Shown here in pieces: positions 1 to 10,506 of a stretch of 57,100 bases of DNA. The notes beneath the pieces are model-generated. The model saw nothing but the letters and a program-made list of their open reading frames with translations. It was not told the DNA's origin and ran no database searches. The stretch is from a virus (Duplodnaviria > Caudoviricetes). Position 1 is the first letter of the stretch; each line of letters starts with the position of its first letter. Made by a program: the position numbers and the translations under genes. The stretch is from IMG/VR virus record IMGVR_UViG_3300043540_000139, positions 1 to 57,100 of that record; one strand, given 5' to 3'.

Positions 1-13
1 ATGTGGGTTAGAA

Positions 14-1205
14 TTAAAGAATTCAAAAAAAGGTTAAATCTTTCAAATCAAACTTTTTATGAAAGAAAACAAAATTAATAAAGTTTTTATTTCTTACAGA
101 TAAAAGGTGTAATAAATTGTGAAAAATAAAATATCAAATAAAGATTTAAGTGCTGCCAGAGTAAATAAAAAGGATGAGTTTTATACTCAACTTTCTGATA
201 TTGAAAAGGAGATAAAGTATTACAAAGAGCATTTTAGAGATAAAATTGTTTATTGTAATTGTGATGACCCTAGAGTAAGCAACTTCTTTCATTATTTTTC
301 TTATAATTTTGAAAAACTTGGATTAAAGAAACTAATTACGACTTGTTATAAAAATCAAGATATGGATCTATTTAGTCAGAATAATTCTGAACGAGCCATT
401 TATTTAGAATATACTGGAGACAAAAACAATAATAATATTCCGGACAAAGTAGAAATTGGTATTAACTACTTAAAAGGAGATGGTGATTTTAGAAGTAAAA
501 AATGTATTGAACTCTTGAAACAGGCTGACATTGTTGTTACAAACCCACCTTTTTCATTATTTAGAGAATATGTTGCACAACTCATTGAATATGATAAAAA
601 ATTCCTGATAATTGGTAATATCAATGCTGTTTCATATAAAGAAATATTTAAACTTTTTAAAGAAAATAAAATATGGTTAGGTGCAAGCATTCATAGCGGA
701 GATAGAGAATTTGGTGTTCCCTCTTATTACCCTTTAAATGCAGCCGGTGTCCGAGTAGATGAAAAAGGCAATAAATTTATTAGAGTTAAAGGAGTAAGAT
801 GGTTTACTAATTTGGATTATAAAGAACGGCATGAAAACTTAATACTTTACAAAAAATATAATCCAAAAGACTATCCGAAATACGACAATTATGATGCGAT
901 TAATGTGGATAAGACTTCTGATATACCAATGGATTATGAAGGGGCTATGGGTGTTCCAATAACTTTTTTAGATAAGTATAATCCTGACCAGTTTGAAATA
1001 CTAAGTTCAAATGATATAAGATTAAACGAAAATGTTCCATACAAAGAACATGGTCTTATAAAAGACAAAGAAGGGGCAATAAACGGCAAACCGAAATATG
1101 TTAGAATCGTCATTAGAAATAAAAATGTTTTAAAGGGCTGATGTTATGAAAATAGAACTCAAAGAAATAACGGTTAAAGAATTCAAAGAAAGTTTTTATT
1201 TCTTA
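14..1205 (+). repeat. Direct repeats flanking the MTase gene
   Basis: TTAAAGAATTCAAA at 14-27 and 1174-1187; AAAGTTTTTATTTCTTA at 80-96 and 1189-1205. Confidence 0.7.
119..1141 (+). CDS. Adenine-specific DNA methyltransferase, EcoRI-methylase family (orphan)
   Basis: 340 aa. N-terminal KKDEFYT...YCNCDDP, LKGDGDFRS and catalytic motif IV VVTNPPFSLF; C-terminal YDNYDAINV...MGVPITFLDKYNPDQFEI, all typical of this family. Confidence 0.9.
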   Translation: MKNKISNKDLSAARVNKKDEFYTQLSDIEKEIKYYKEHFRDKIVYCNCDDPRVSNFFHYFSYNFEKLGLKKLITTCYKNQDMDLFSQNNSERAIYLEYTGDKNNNNIPDKVEIGINYLKGDGDFRSKKCIELLKQADIVVTNPPFSLFREYVAQLIEYDKKFLIIGNINAVSYKEIFKLFKENKIWLGASIHSGDREFGVPSYYPLNAAGVRVDEKGNKFIRVKGVRWFTNLDYKERHENLILYKKYNPKDYPKYDNYDAINVDKTSDIPMDYEGAMGVPITFLDKYNPDQFEILSSNDIRLNENVPYKEHGLIKDKEGAINGKPKYVRIVIRNKNVLKG

Positions 1206-1223
1206 TATTGGATTGTAAAATAA
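1146..1223 (+). pseudogene. Probable truncated 5' stub of the cognate (DUF262/HNH-type) nuclease gene
   Basis: 25-codon ORF MKIELKEITVKEF... starting 4 nt after the MTase stop. From memory it matches the N-terminus of the nuclease that follows EcoRI-family MTases in bacteria. It breaks at the repeat junction 1174-1205. Confidence 0.45.
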
Positions 1224-1249
1224 AATTAATTAAAACTAACATATAAAAA

Positions 1250-3193
1250 ATGTCACAGCAAAATTTGTTTTCAAATGTAGCAAATCCTAATCAAAAAAGG
1301 ATTACCGAACTTGAAAAGATTATCAAAAAGGCAAAAGTCGCTTACTATATAGATAGTAAACCAATTATGTCTGATGATGATTTTGATTTATTAAGAGATG
1401 AATTAAAAATTCTGGACCCCAACAACAGAATACTTGCTTTAACAGGAACAGATGTTAAAGATAAAAAGGGTTGGGCTTCCAAAAAACTTTCCGAACCAAT
1501 GGGTTCTCTTGAAAAAGTAAATTCAATGAAAGAATTTAATGATTGGGCAGAACAACACAAAGGAAAGAAAATGGTTTATAATCCCAAAGGTGATGGTGGA
1601 AGTATTGAATTGACTTACCTTAAAGGTAAACTCGTTTCTGCTATAACCAGAGGTGATGGATATGAAGGATTTGATATTCTTTCCAATGTCCTTAAAATGA
1701 AAAACGTAAAACCTACCATTAAAACAACTGCCGATGTTGTTATTCTTCAAGGTGAAATTTTAATTTACTATACTGATTTTCTTGCACTGAAAAAACTTGT
1801 AAATGACCCTGAGAAATATAAAAATCCCAGAAATACTGCCAATGGTTTAGCCAAATCACAAAGCAATAGTGATTACTGCAAATTCCTTACTATATTATAT
1901 TGGGGTGCTTCTATTCGTGGTAACAAAGTTCTTCCAGATGATTTTGAAGGTGTTTGTAAACACTATGGTGTTAAATCAATTGGAACATATCAGATAAAAC
2001 ATCTTCAGGAATATTATGATAAACTTGGAAAGGATCCAGACAAGAGAGAAGAAATAATGAGAAAGATTTATAATTTTGATATTGATGGTTTCGTTGTTAA
2101 GTGTAATGAACCACCACAAATGCGAGGTAATACACCTGTCAATTATATTGCCGTTAAATTTCCAGCACCTGCCGCAGTAACAAAGATATCAGAAATTCTT
2201 TTAGATAAAGGAAAATCTGGACAGATAACTCCTGTTGCGAAATTTGACCCACCTGTAAATCTTATGGGTGCTACAATAACAAAAGCAAGTATTGGTTCGT
2301 GGAGTTTGATGCAACAGAAAGGATTATTTCCGGGAGCAATCGTAAAGGTTATCAGAGCCAATGATGTTATCCCGAAAATAGAAGAAGTTGTAACTCCTGC
2401 TACTGTAAAATTTACACTTGCAGATGCACAAAAAATAATGGGTGATACGAATGTTGTTGTTCGGGGTGCTCATTTATTTACAACAACCAGAGATACTCAA
2501 ACGGTAATTTACGAAATTGTAAATATGTTTAAGATACTTGAAATACAGAATGTTGCTGAATCTACAATAGAAGCAATTGTAAATCATTTTAATATCAAGC
2601 ATGCTTATGAAATATTTGATGTTGATTTTGATAAAATGAAAACTGTTGCTGGTTTTGGTGATAGCAAAATTGATAATCTGAAGTTACAAATTCAAGCAAA
2701 ATCCAGAGTAAGTTTTAAAATATTTATGGATTGTCTTAATGTAAATAATATGGGAACTTCCAGAATAGTTGAAATTGTCAATACTTTTGGTTTGAAAAAT
2801 GTAAATGATTTATATAAATTAAAAGAACAAGACTTTCTGAAAGTAAATGCTTTTTCAGATGTTCTTGCTAAATCTGTTTATGATGGATTGCAGGCAAAGA
2901 AAGATTTCGCTTATCAACTTGTTAACAGACTAATTATAGATGATGATATTGGTAAACCTGTTTCAAATAAACTTGGTGGTAAAAAATTCTGTATTACAGG
3001 AAGAACAAGTATGAAAAGAAGTGATATGGAAAAACTGATTGAAGCCAATGGTGGCAAGAATAGTTCAATCGGTAGTTGTGATTATCTGATAAATAATGAT
3101 TCGGATTCCACCTCTTCCAAGAATAAAAAAGCAGCAGAAAAAGGAATTCCTGTAATAAGTGAAAAACAATTCTTTAAAACATTTGGATTATGA
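1250..3193 (+). CDS. ligA: NAD-dependent DNA ligase
   Basis: AYY...MSDDDFD (domain Ia), MGSLEK, KxDG (PKGDG), TRGDG, NPRN, IDGFVVK, IAVKF, OB fold GQITPVA...RANDVIP, HhH repeats and a C-terminal BRCT domain (FCITG...GIPVISE). Confidence 0.95.
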   Translation: MSQQNLFSNVANPNQKRITELEKIIKKAKVAYYIDSKPIMSDDDFDLLRDELKILDPNNRILALTGTDVKDKKGWASKKLSEPMGSLEKVNSMKEFNDWAEQHKGKKMVYNPKGDGGSIELTYLKGKLVSAITRGDGYEGFDILSNVLKMKNVKPTIKTTADVVILQGEILIYYTDFLALKKLVNDPEKYKNPRNTANGLAKSQSNSDYCKFLTILYWGASIRGNKVLPDDFEGVCKHYGVKSIGTYQIKHLQEYYDKLGKDPDKREEIMRKIYNFDIDGFVVKCNEPPQMRGNTPVNYIAVKFPAPAAVTKISEILLDKGKSGQITPVAKFDPPVNLMGATITKASIGSWSLMQQKGLFPGAIVKVIRANDVIPKIEEVVTPATVKFTLADAQKIMGDTNVVVRGAHLFTTTRDTQTVIYEIVNMFKILEIQNVAESTIEAIVNHFNIKHAYEIFDVDFDKMKTVAGFGDSKIDNLKLQIQAKSRVSFKIFMDCLNVNNMGTSRIVEIVNTFGLKNVNDLYKLKEQDFLKVNAFSDVLAKSVYDGLQAKKDFAYQLVNRLIIDDDIGKPVSNKLGGKKFCITGRTSMKRSDMEKLIEANGGKNSSIGSCDYLINNDSDSTSSKNKKAAEKGIPVISEKQFFKTFGL

Positions 3194-3325
3194 AAATGAC
3201 ATTTGATAGAGTTTATCAAATGCTGGGAATACAAGGATTTGAAAAAAAGGTAGAAAGTTTTAAGAATAAAACCAAAGAACAATCCGAAAAAAGAAAACAA
3301 ATAAAGAAGAATAAGACTTTATATT

Positions 3326-4024
3326 GTGAGTAATTTTTGGAAAATATATTACATATCACTGTCAGTGATGTTCTTGTTTTATTTTATAGTATATAAAAGA
3401 AATTTAATTAAAAAATTTTGGGAAACAATTATGTTCAAAAAAAGAAGAGAAAAAATTTTACAGGAACAAAAAAACAATCAATTGGTTATTGATTATATAA
3501 ATGCTACTGTAAAAGATATAAATAGCACTTATAAATATTATCCTTTACATTCTTTTTTATCACAGTTGAATAATCTAATTTTAAACATTCAAAACAAATC
3601 CAATGAAATTCTGAAGTTGTTTTACAAAGAAATTGGTTTAAAGGAATTAGAAACATTAAGAACAAATGCTACTATTAAAACTAATCAGATAAAGAATAAA
3701 TTATCACTTCTGGATAAAATCAATAATTATAATGAAACTATATTTCACGAAAAGGATAAGTTTAATAAACATTGTCAGCAAAGAATAAGTTTTGAAAATA
3801 ATATCTTAAAACATCAGTTGGAACTCATTGAAAAGATAAAAAAAGATTATACGGAATTAGATAACACATTAGAATATGTTCAGAGAATAGCAAAATACAA
3901 TACCAGATTAGAAGATGATGATTTTAATGTTATATCAGAAAAATTAAATTTTATTCAACAAAGGTTAAAAATTATTGCATCAAAAGAACAAAAGGTATTT
4001 TATAACATTGTGAATAATGATTAA
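3326..4024 (+). CDS. Hypothetical protein with N-terminal TM helix and coiled coil
   Basis: 232 aa ORF; hydrophobic IYYISLSVMFLFYFIVY followed by a long heptad-rich region. Confidence 0.55.
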   Translation: MSNFWKIYYISLSVMFLFYFIVYKRNLIKKFWETIMFKKRREKILQEQKNNQLVIDYINATVKDINSTYKYYPLHSFLSQLNNLILNIQNKSNEILKLFYKEIGLKELETLRTNATIKTNQIKNKLSLLDKINNYNETIFHEKDKFNKHCQQRISFENNILKHQLELIEKIKKDYTELDNTLEYVQRIAKYNTRLEDDDFNVISEKLNFIQQRLKIIASKEQKVFYNIVNND

Positions 4025-4079
4025 TTATTAACTTTACTTTGAAGAATAAAAATATTATATTTAAAAAAAATAAAATCTC

Positions 4080-4640
4080 ATGACAAAAATATTAGTTGAA
4101 GTTGAAAATATACAACCGACATCACCGGAAACTCCGAACAATTTTATTTTGAAATTAAAAGAAAAAGATGGAACAAGAAATCTTAAAATAATTATTGGAT
4201 TATATGATTCCCAAATAATTGCTTTTGAACTTCAAAAATTAAAATCTGCAAGACCACTTGCCCACGATTTATATAAAACAATTTTAGATAAATTTGATAT
4301 TGAATTAAAATATACTGAAATCACTTCTATGGATTCTGATGAAGGTGTATTTTATGCCAATATAAATCTAAATGATAAAATTTTAGATTGCAGACCTTCG
4401 GATGGTATAATAATGGCATTGAAATTTAATGCACCTATTTATGTCAATGATAATTTATTTAAACTTGTTGGAGATGAAGGATTTAATACATCATTTGCAC
4501 AAAGCACACTTACTACAGATATCCTAATAAAACAAAAAGAAGCACAATTACTTGAAGCATCAGAAAAAGAAGATTATGATTTAGCAGATAAAATCAAAAA
4601 AGAAATTGAAAAATTAAAGAAAAGACAATCTGGTATTTGA
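4080..4640 (+). CDS. Bifunctional nuclease (DUF151/BFN) with C-terminal UVR motif
   Basis: LKIIIG...RPLAHDL, GVFYA, DCRPSDGI..A...APIYV; C-terminal EASEKEDYDLADKIKKEI is UvrB/UvrC-like. Confidence 0.88.
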   Translation: MTKILVEVENIQPTSPETPNNFILKLKEKDGTRNLKIIIGLYDSQIIAFELQKLKSARPLAHDLYKTILDKFDIELKYTEITSMDSDEGVFYANINLNDKILDCRPSDGIIMALKFNAPIYVNDNLFKLVGDEGFNTSFAQSTLTTDILIKQKEAQLLEASEKEDYDLADKIKKEIEKLKKRQSGI

Positions 4641-4677
4641 TTGTTGGTTTTGGTTTTTATAAATAGGATTCAAAATA

Positions 4678-5349
4678 ATGACTATGAGTATCAAAAACGA
4701 TTTAATAGTAAGCCCATATAATATGGGTTCTACTAACTTCTTGTTTTTCTATCTAACCAAAACAATAATTCCAAACATAGAAAAATATAAAAACAAAGAA
4801 AATCAAGAATTCAATATTTTATTTTTTTGTGATAATGAAGATACTATGAAATTTACTTTTGGACAATTTGAAGAATTTTTAAAAACGTCTTATAATGGTG
4901 TTTATAATATAGAAATATCCCCAAATGGATTAATTTATTTTGGTAAAGAATCTATAAAATCTGCTGGGGAAATTTCATTTAAAAGACTAAAATCTAATAT
5001 TTATAATGGGATGGTGTTTTCAGTAGATGTAACATTCCTATTGTTTGATGTTAAAAATAAAATCAATAATGTTATAAACAATATTGGTGGAACAAATGTA
5101 ATTATTAGTGTGTTGCATGATTTAAAACATAAAAAAGTAAATAATTTTATTTTAGATTATGTAATTAACAAGTCTTCTTATGTAATTGGAACACATATAA
5201 TTCGTGAAAATTATACTCCGGTTTATGACTATTTATTTGCAAAAGATAATATGTTAGTTAATTTAATTAATCGTGGTTTTAGTATATCATTTTATTCTGA
5301 TGTAATGGCAGTTGAAGAAGAAAAAGAAAATGAAACCATTATATTATAA
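4678..5349 (+). CDS. Hypothetical protein
   Basis: 223 aa ORF preceded by AGGA and by TATAAATA at 4658-4665. Confidence 0.6.
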   Translation: MTMSIKNDLIVSPYNMGSTNFLFFYLTKTIIPNIEKYKNKENQEFNILFFCDNEDTMKFTFGQFEEFLKTSYNGVYNIEISPNGLIYFGKESIKSAGEISFKRLKSNIYNGMVFSVDVTFLLFDVKNKINNVINNIGGTNVIISVLHDLKHKKVNNFILDYVINKSSYVIGTHIIRENYTPVYDYLFAKDNMLVNLINRGFSISFYSDVMAVEEEKENETIIL

Positions 5350-5381
5350 ATGTTTCTTATATTCGTATAATATTATGATTA

Positions 5382-5963
5382 ATGTTAAAAGAAAAAGTAA
5401 TCAAAAAACGTAGTTATGAAGATGACTCATTATTATTTCCACTCTTACCACCTCCAATACCAAAAGCAAGAATTATTCAAATATCTGGGCTTATTGATGA
5501 AGAATTACACCAGAGAGTGGTTGCTGATTTGGTAAATTTTGAACAAGAGAACAAAGACCCAATCTTTTTACATATAAATTCTTATGGCGGATATGTTTAT
5601 GAAATGCTTGGCATTTTAGATATAGTCCGTTCTTCTCAATGTAAAATTATTACTGTATGCACTGGTAAAGCAATGTCAGCGGCAGTTCCTATTTTAGCAT
5701 CTGGATTAAAGGGTGAAAGGAAAATTGGTAAGTATTCAACTATAATGTTGCATGAAGTTTCGTCATTCACTTATGGAAAATTATTTGAATTAAAAAACGA
5801 AACTGAAGAAACTGAAAGGTTGCAGAAACTATATATAGATATATTAGGCAATTTAACAGGGAAATCAAGTAAAGTTTTCCAACAAATATATGATACACAT
5901 AGAGATACTTATCTCACTCCAAAAGAGGTTATAAAATTGGGTATTGCTGATAAGATTTTATAA
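5382..5963 (+). CDS. clpP: ClpP-family protease subunit
   Basis: IFLHINSYGG, catalytic Ser in GKAMSA, His in IMLHE, Asp in RDTYL, and the terminal LGIADKI. Confidence 0.9.
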   Translation: MLKEKVIKKRSYEDDSLLFPLLPPPIPKARIIQISGLIDEELHQRVVADLVNFEQENKDPIFLHINSYGGYVYEMLGILDIVRSSQCKIITVCTGKAMSAAVPILASGLKGERKIGKYSTIMLHEVSSFTYGKLFELKNETEETERLQKLYIDILGNLTGKSSKVFQQIYDTHRDTYLTPKEVIKLGIADKIL

Positions 5964-6071
5964 TCTAATTTTCTACAAAAATTTTCTTAAAATTCCCAAT
6001 TTACGTGCAGTTCAAAAATATTTATAGTAGATAATTTTGATACTACATTCAGTTAAATTTTTCAATTTTAA

Positions 6072-6079
6072 TATAAATA
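6072..6079 (+). promoter_or_regulatory. Candidate T4-type late promoter (TATAAATA)
   Basis: Exact T4 late -10 consensus upstream of the HEG/sheath unit. Further intergenic copies at 4658, 32694, 33849 and 39747. Chance hits are likely in such AT-rich DNA. Confidence 0.4.
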
Positions 6080-6094
6080 ATTTGGAGACTTGAT

Positions 6095-6766
6095 ATGGCA
6101 TTTGATATTGAATCAATCATCAAGAAAAATGAATGGTCAAGAAAATATTCTCTAAACGAGAATTATTTTGACGAAATTGATACTGAAGAAAAAGCATATA
6201 TTTTAGGATTTTTATATGCGGATGGCAACGTCTCCAAAAAAAAATATACCATTCAAATATCCCAAAGTATAAAAGATGGAGATATATTAGATAAAATTAG
6301 TTCAAACTCATCAACTCCTATAAAAATTTATAAAAATTCATTTAAAAGAAATTATAAATTATTTAGTATAAATTCTAAACACATGGTTTTAAAATTAAGG
6401 GAATTAGGATTAAACCCAGCTAAAACATTTACTATTACCTATCCTAAATGGATAAAATTAAATTTACAAAGACATTTTATTCGTGGTTATTTTGATGGTG
6501 ATGGCTGTATATATTATAACAATAAAAGGTTGGAATTTATATTAGTTGGAAGATTAAATTTTATTCAAAACATTCAAAATATTCTTATGAAAGAATGCGA
6601 TTTAAAACAAATAAAAATTAGGAAAGAAAGAAATGTTTATAGGTTGAATTATTGTGGGAATATTCAATGTTTAAGAATTTTTGATTGGTTATACAAAAAT
6701 TCCAATATTTATTTAGAAAGAAAATATAATAAATTTTTGGAAGCAAAATTATGTTTAAAAAAATAA
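6095..6766 (+). mobile_element. Free-standing LAGLIDADG homing endonuclease
   Basis: Two motifs AYILGFLYADG and HFIRGYFDGDG, C-terminal YLERKY; lies directly upstream of the sheath gene. Confidence 0.9.
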
Positions 6767-6795
6767 GTTTCATTTCATTTTAATAGGGAAAAACA

Positions 6796-9177
6796 ATGGC
6801 AAATTTTGATATATTCGTAAGTCCGGGTGTCTTCACCAAAGAAATTGATATTACTTTTGTTCCAGCTGGGGCAGCAAGTATTGTAGGAACTGTTATCGGA
6901 ATGACAATGAAAGGACCAGCATATATACCTGTAAGAGTTCAGGGATATTCTGATTTCGTTGCACGGTTCGGACCAACCAATCCTAATTTATATGCTCCTT
7001 ATGCTGTAAAAAGTTATTTGAGAAACGCATCTTCTGTTTATGTAATTAGAATTTTAGGAACAGATAATGTTACTTTGGGTAAGGCAGCACAAATTGCATT
7101 TCCGAGTTCAGGGATAGCCGACAACTCAACTGTTGCTTCTTCGGCGGCATCTACGAATACTGTGTTTGCAATTTTAAGACAGAGACCAAATTCAAAGACA
7201 ACATTTTTGTCTTACACTGGTAATTATTCTTCTGTCACAATTTCTGCTGAAGGAAAAGCAGTAGTGGTTTCTTTTGATCCCAATCAAGAAACTTATATAA
7301 GAAAAGTTTTAGGAACAGATTCAACAACAGCATATTTAGGTGATGCTTTAACCGGAGTATATGTTGATGCTGTATTTGATTATGCTTCAGCAACAGGTTC
7401 TATCACAGGTTCAGGAACAGCACAATTAATAAGCACAAATGCTTTTGAACCAACTTATTACAAAAGTATTGCTGGTGGTTATACAACCGCAGGAACACCA
7501 ATTATAGTTTCACAAAACTATAGTGGCAGTGTTTATAATCTTTTCAAATTCTATACTTTAAGTGATGGTGATGCTTCCAATTACGATATAAAAGTTTCTA
7601 TTCTTAATGTTGAAACATTAGATTCAAATGGTAATCCAATTGAATTCCCAAAATTTGATGTTGTAGTAAGAGGATTTACTGATACAGATAGAAAATCAGT
7701 AGTATATGAAACATTCGCAAGAGTTACATTAGACCCAACTGATAAAAACTTTATTGCAAGAGTAATTGGTGATAGATATTATACTGCCGACTTAACTCAA
7801 AATCCACCAGAAGTAATTGAAAGAGGTGAATTTGACAATAAGAGTAAATACATCAGAGTTGAAGTTTATGATGGATATCCAGCAAGTGCAAGACCTTCTG
7901 GATTTAAAGGAATTCCGAAAGGACAATCTCCTAAACTTATTCCAGCAATTCCTTATAAAACCAATCATCTTGATGCCAATAATGATTTAAGTGAAAATGT
8001 ATTTATGGGTGTTGATTTTAGTGAAGATGGAATAATTTCCAGATTGAAACCAACTGTAACACAAATAGCAGAAACTAATTCTCCATATACTTCTTCAAGT
8101 GATAGTGGCTTCTTATTAATTTCAACTCCATTTGAAATAGGTTCTTCTGCAAACTTAAGCAGTTCATATACAATCACAAACATTTCAGTGACAAGTGGGA
8201 ATTGGAATCAAGGTGTAATTCAATTCACAGTTCCGACATACGGTGGTTTCAATGGTTATTCACAAGAATATCCAGAAAAGACATTACAATGCAATGGTTC
8301 TTTAACTGCTGGATATATTAATGCAGCAAAAATTATTTCTAACACAAGGGAATTTGATACTAACTTGGTTGTAACTCCGGGTGTAAATTCTTCAACTCCG
8401 GGAAATGTTGTTGGTAGAATGTTAGAAGTAATTGAAGGCAGAAATGATTGTTTCTATATTATTGATGTTGCAGCAACTTCTGATGTTGATAGTGGATTAG
8501 ATACTTCAATTGCAAGTGCAATTGAAGAAGCAGCAAAGTATGATTCTTCTTATGCAGCAACATATTACCCTTGGTTGAAAATTCAAGATGTTGATAATGA
8601 TAAATATGTATGGGTCCCACCTTCTGTTGAAGTATTTGGTGCTTATGCTTACAATGATAGAGTTGCACAACCTTGGAGTGCAGTAGCAGGATTTACCAGA
8701 GCAGGATTAAGTAATGTAAAATCAGTCAGAAAGAGAATTACTCAATCACAATCTAACACTTTGTATAATGGAAAGATTAACCCAATCGTTTCATTTGCAA
8801 ATGAAGGTATCGTAATCTTCGGTCAAAAAACTCTTCAAACAAAAACATCTGCACTTGATAGAGTTAATGTAAGAAGGTTGTTACTTGAAGTTAGAAAAAT
8901 GATTGCATCATTCGCAAAATATTCTGTATTTGAACCTAATGATGCACAAACAAGACAATCTCTTGTAGCAATCATTAGACCATATCTTGCAAGAGTTCAA
9001 GAATTAAGAGGTTTGTATGACTTCAGAATTCAAATTGACAATACAACTACAACACCTGATTTAATTGATAGAAATATCCTTTATGGTAAAATATTCTTGA
9101 AACCAACAAGAACAGCAGAATTTATTGCTCTTGATTTTATACTTACACAAACTGGTGCTAACTTTGATGAAATGTAA
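6796..9177 (+). CDS. Contractile tail sheath protein (T4 gp18-like)
   Basis: N-terminal FVSPGVFTKEID; C-terminal YAATYYPW, AGFTRA, GQKTLQ..SALDRVNVRRLL, GKIFLKPTRTAEFIALDF. Confidence 0.95.
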   Translation: MANFDIFVSPGVFTKEIDITFVPAGAASIVGTVIGMTMKGPAYIPVRVQGYSDFVARFGPTNPNLYAPYAVKSYLRNASSVYVIRILGTDNVTLGKAAQIAFPSSGIADNSTVASSAASTNTVFAILRQRPNSKTTFLSYTGNYSSVTISAEGKAVVVSFDPNQETYIRKVLGTDSTTAYLGDALTGVYVDAVFDYASATGSITGSGTAQLISTNAFEPTYYKSIAGGYTTAGTPIIVSQNYSGSVYNLFKFYTLSDGDASNYDIKVSILNVETLDSNGNPIEFPKFDVVVRGFTDTDRKSVVYETFARVTLDPTDKNFIARVIGDRYYTADLTQNPPEVIERGEFDNKSKYIRVEVYDGYPASARPSGFKGIPKGQSPKLIPAIPYKTNHLDANNDLSENVFMGVDFSEDGIISRLKPTVTQIAETNSPYTSSSDSGFLLISTPFEIGSSANLSSSYTITNISVTSGNWNQGVIQFTVPTYGGFNGYSQEYPEKTLQCNGSLTAGYINAAKIISNTREFDTNLVVTPGVNSSTPGNVVGRMLEVIEGRNDCFYIIDVAATSDVDSGLDTSIASAIEEAAKYDSSYAATYYPWLKIQDVDNDKYVWVPPSVEVFGAYAYNDRVAQPWSAVAGFTRAGLSNVKSVRKRITQSQSNTLYNGKINPIVSFANEGIVIFGQKTLQTKTSALDRVNVRRLLLEVRKMIASFAKYSVFEPNDAQTRQSLVAIIRPYLARVQELRGLYDFRIQIDNTTTTPDLIDRNILYGKIFLKPTRTAEFIALDFILTQTGANFDEM

Positions 9178-9192
9178 TACTTATATTATATG

Positions 9193-9222
9193 AAAGGGGA
9201 ATTAAAACCAATTCCCCTTTTC
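9193..9222 (+). terminator. Intrinsic terminator after the sheath gene
   Basis: 11-bp stem AAAGGGGAATT (9193-9203) / AATTCCCCTTT (9210-9220) with a 6-nt loop and a short T tail. Confidence 0.75.
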
Positions 9223-9317
9223 GTATAAAAACATCATAATCACAATAAACACAAAACACATAATCAAATTACAGTAAAGGTTTTTTATAAAAAAATAATG
9301 ATAAGGAATTTAATATT

Positions 9318-9809
9318 ATGGGACAATTTTATGCTGACGATCAAGTAGCATTATCTTTTTCAACAACAGCGGCAAGTGATGGAAGATATTATACCAATGG
9401 ATTTGTTGCTTGTGGTTCACCAAGTTGGTCATTTACTATTGTAAATCTTCCAAGTTCAGCAGATGCTTTTGGTTTAAGAGTAGAGTGCAATAATTCTAGA
9501 CATAATGTTCCGGGAAATCAAGGAATAATTAATCCATTAATAAATTCTTTAATGAGCACAAATTATAATCCACATTCAATTTCTGCAATGAAAGATGCTA
9601 ATTTTGATAATAACTGGGTTCCATACAAGCCAGAATCAGAATTTTATATTACTTCTTTCACAGCTGGAAGTAAGGCAGTTTGTGGATCTGATACCGGAGT
9701 ATTTCCAATTCAGGGAGCAGTAAGATATTTAAGATTAAGTATGACAGCACAACCAACAACAGCAACAACTGCTTTCTTCTTTGATTCAGTTAATATATTA
9801 AGGGGGTAA
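9318..9809 (+). CDS. Putative virion structural protein
   Basis: 163 aa, S/T/G/A-rich and beta-like, AAGGA RBS, follows the sheath. No clear gp19 tube motif. Confidence 0.5.
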   Translation: MGQFYADDQVALSFSTTAASDGRYYTNGFVACGSPSWSFTIVNLPSSADAFGLRVECNNSRHNVPGNQGIINPLINSLMSTNYNPHSISAMKDANFDNNWVPYKPESEFYITSFTAGSKAVCGSDTGVFPIQGAVRYLRLSMTAQPTTATTAFFFDSVNILRG

Positions 9810-9815
9810 ATATCA

Positions 9816-10268
9816 ATGAAATTTAATTTTCTAACAGATAGGAAGAAGGTTAATGCAATTAATGCAATTGTTAATAAAGTAACTCACAAATATAATAAAG
9901 CAATTATAAAAGCAGCTAATTTAGTAAGAACAGCACACAAAAATAACAAATCATTTTGGTTAGCGGGTTATCTTGCACAAAACAGAAGAACAATTGAAGG
10001 TGAAGCAAGAGATGAAATTGAGAAATTAGAATTAACCTATCCAGAAAAAGCAGATGCAGGATTACAAGTATTAAGAAATTTAGATGATATTGATAAGAAA
10101 TATTTTGGTCATCCACAAATTCCTAATATGTGGGACTGGGTAAATGGTAATAATAATTGGAAAAAACTTTTAGGAGAAAATAAAATTATAAAAATAACCA
10201 AATCACAACTTAAAGAAATTATTAGGGAAGTAATATTAAAAGAAAATAATGATAAATATGATATGTAA
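9816..10268 (+). CDS. Hypothetical protein with internal KITKSQLKEIIREVILKE leader-like motif
   Basis: 150 aa. The frame stays open about 70 codons past the TAA, so this may be a premature stop. Confidence 0.55.
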   Translation: MKFNFLTDRKKVNAINAIVNKVTHKYNKAIIKAANLVRTAHKNNKSFWLAGYLAQNRRTIEGEARDEIEKLELTYPEKADAGLQVLRNLDDIDKKYFGHPQIPNMWDWVNGNNNWKKLLGENKIIKITKSQLKEIIREVILKENNDKYDM

Positions 10269-10506
10269 TTATATTTTGTAAAAGGTGATAAGACAGTAAC
10301 AAATATCAGCCAAAACTTTAAAGATGCCGAAAAAGCACTTAAAGGACATAATACTTATACACAGAATAAATTTGGATATGGAAGTTTATATGTTTGTAAT
10401 GTAAAATCAAAAGATTGGAAAGCAAATAAAATAACAAAAGATTTCTTCCAAAATCAGTTAGCATTTCTAATATGCAACTGAATACTGAAATTGGGATAAT
10501 AAAAGA

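Noticed and set aside
19-1184. GAATTC sites within the MTase-flanking repeats as evidence of EcoRI specificity
   Set aside because: Family membership does not fix specificity and GAATTC is frequent in this AT-rich sequence.
9318-9809. Tail tube protein (expected after the sheath)
   Set aside because: No recognisable gp19-like motifs, and it lies beyond a terminator.
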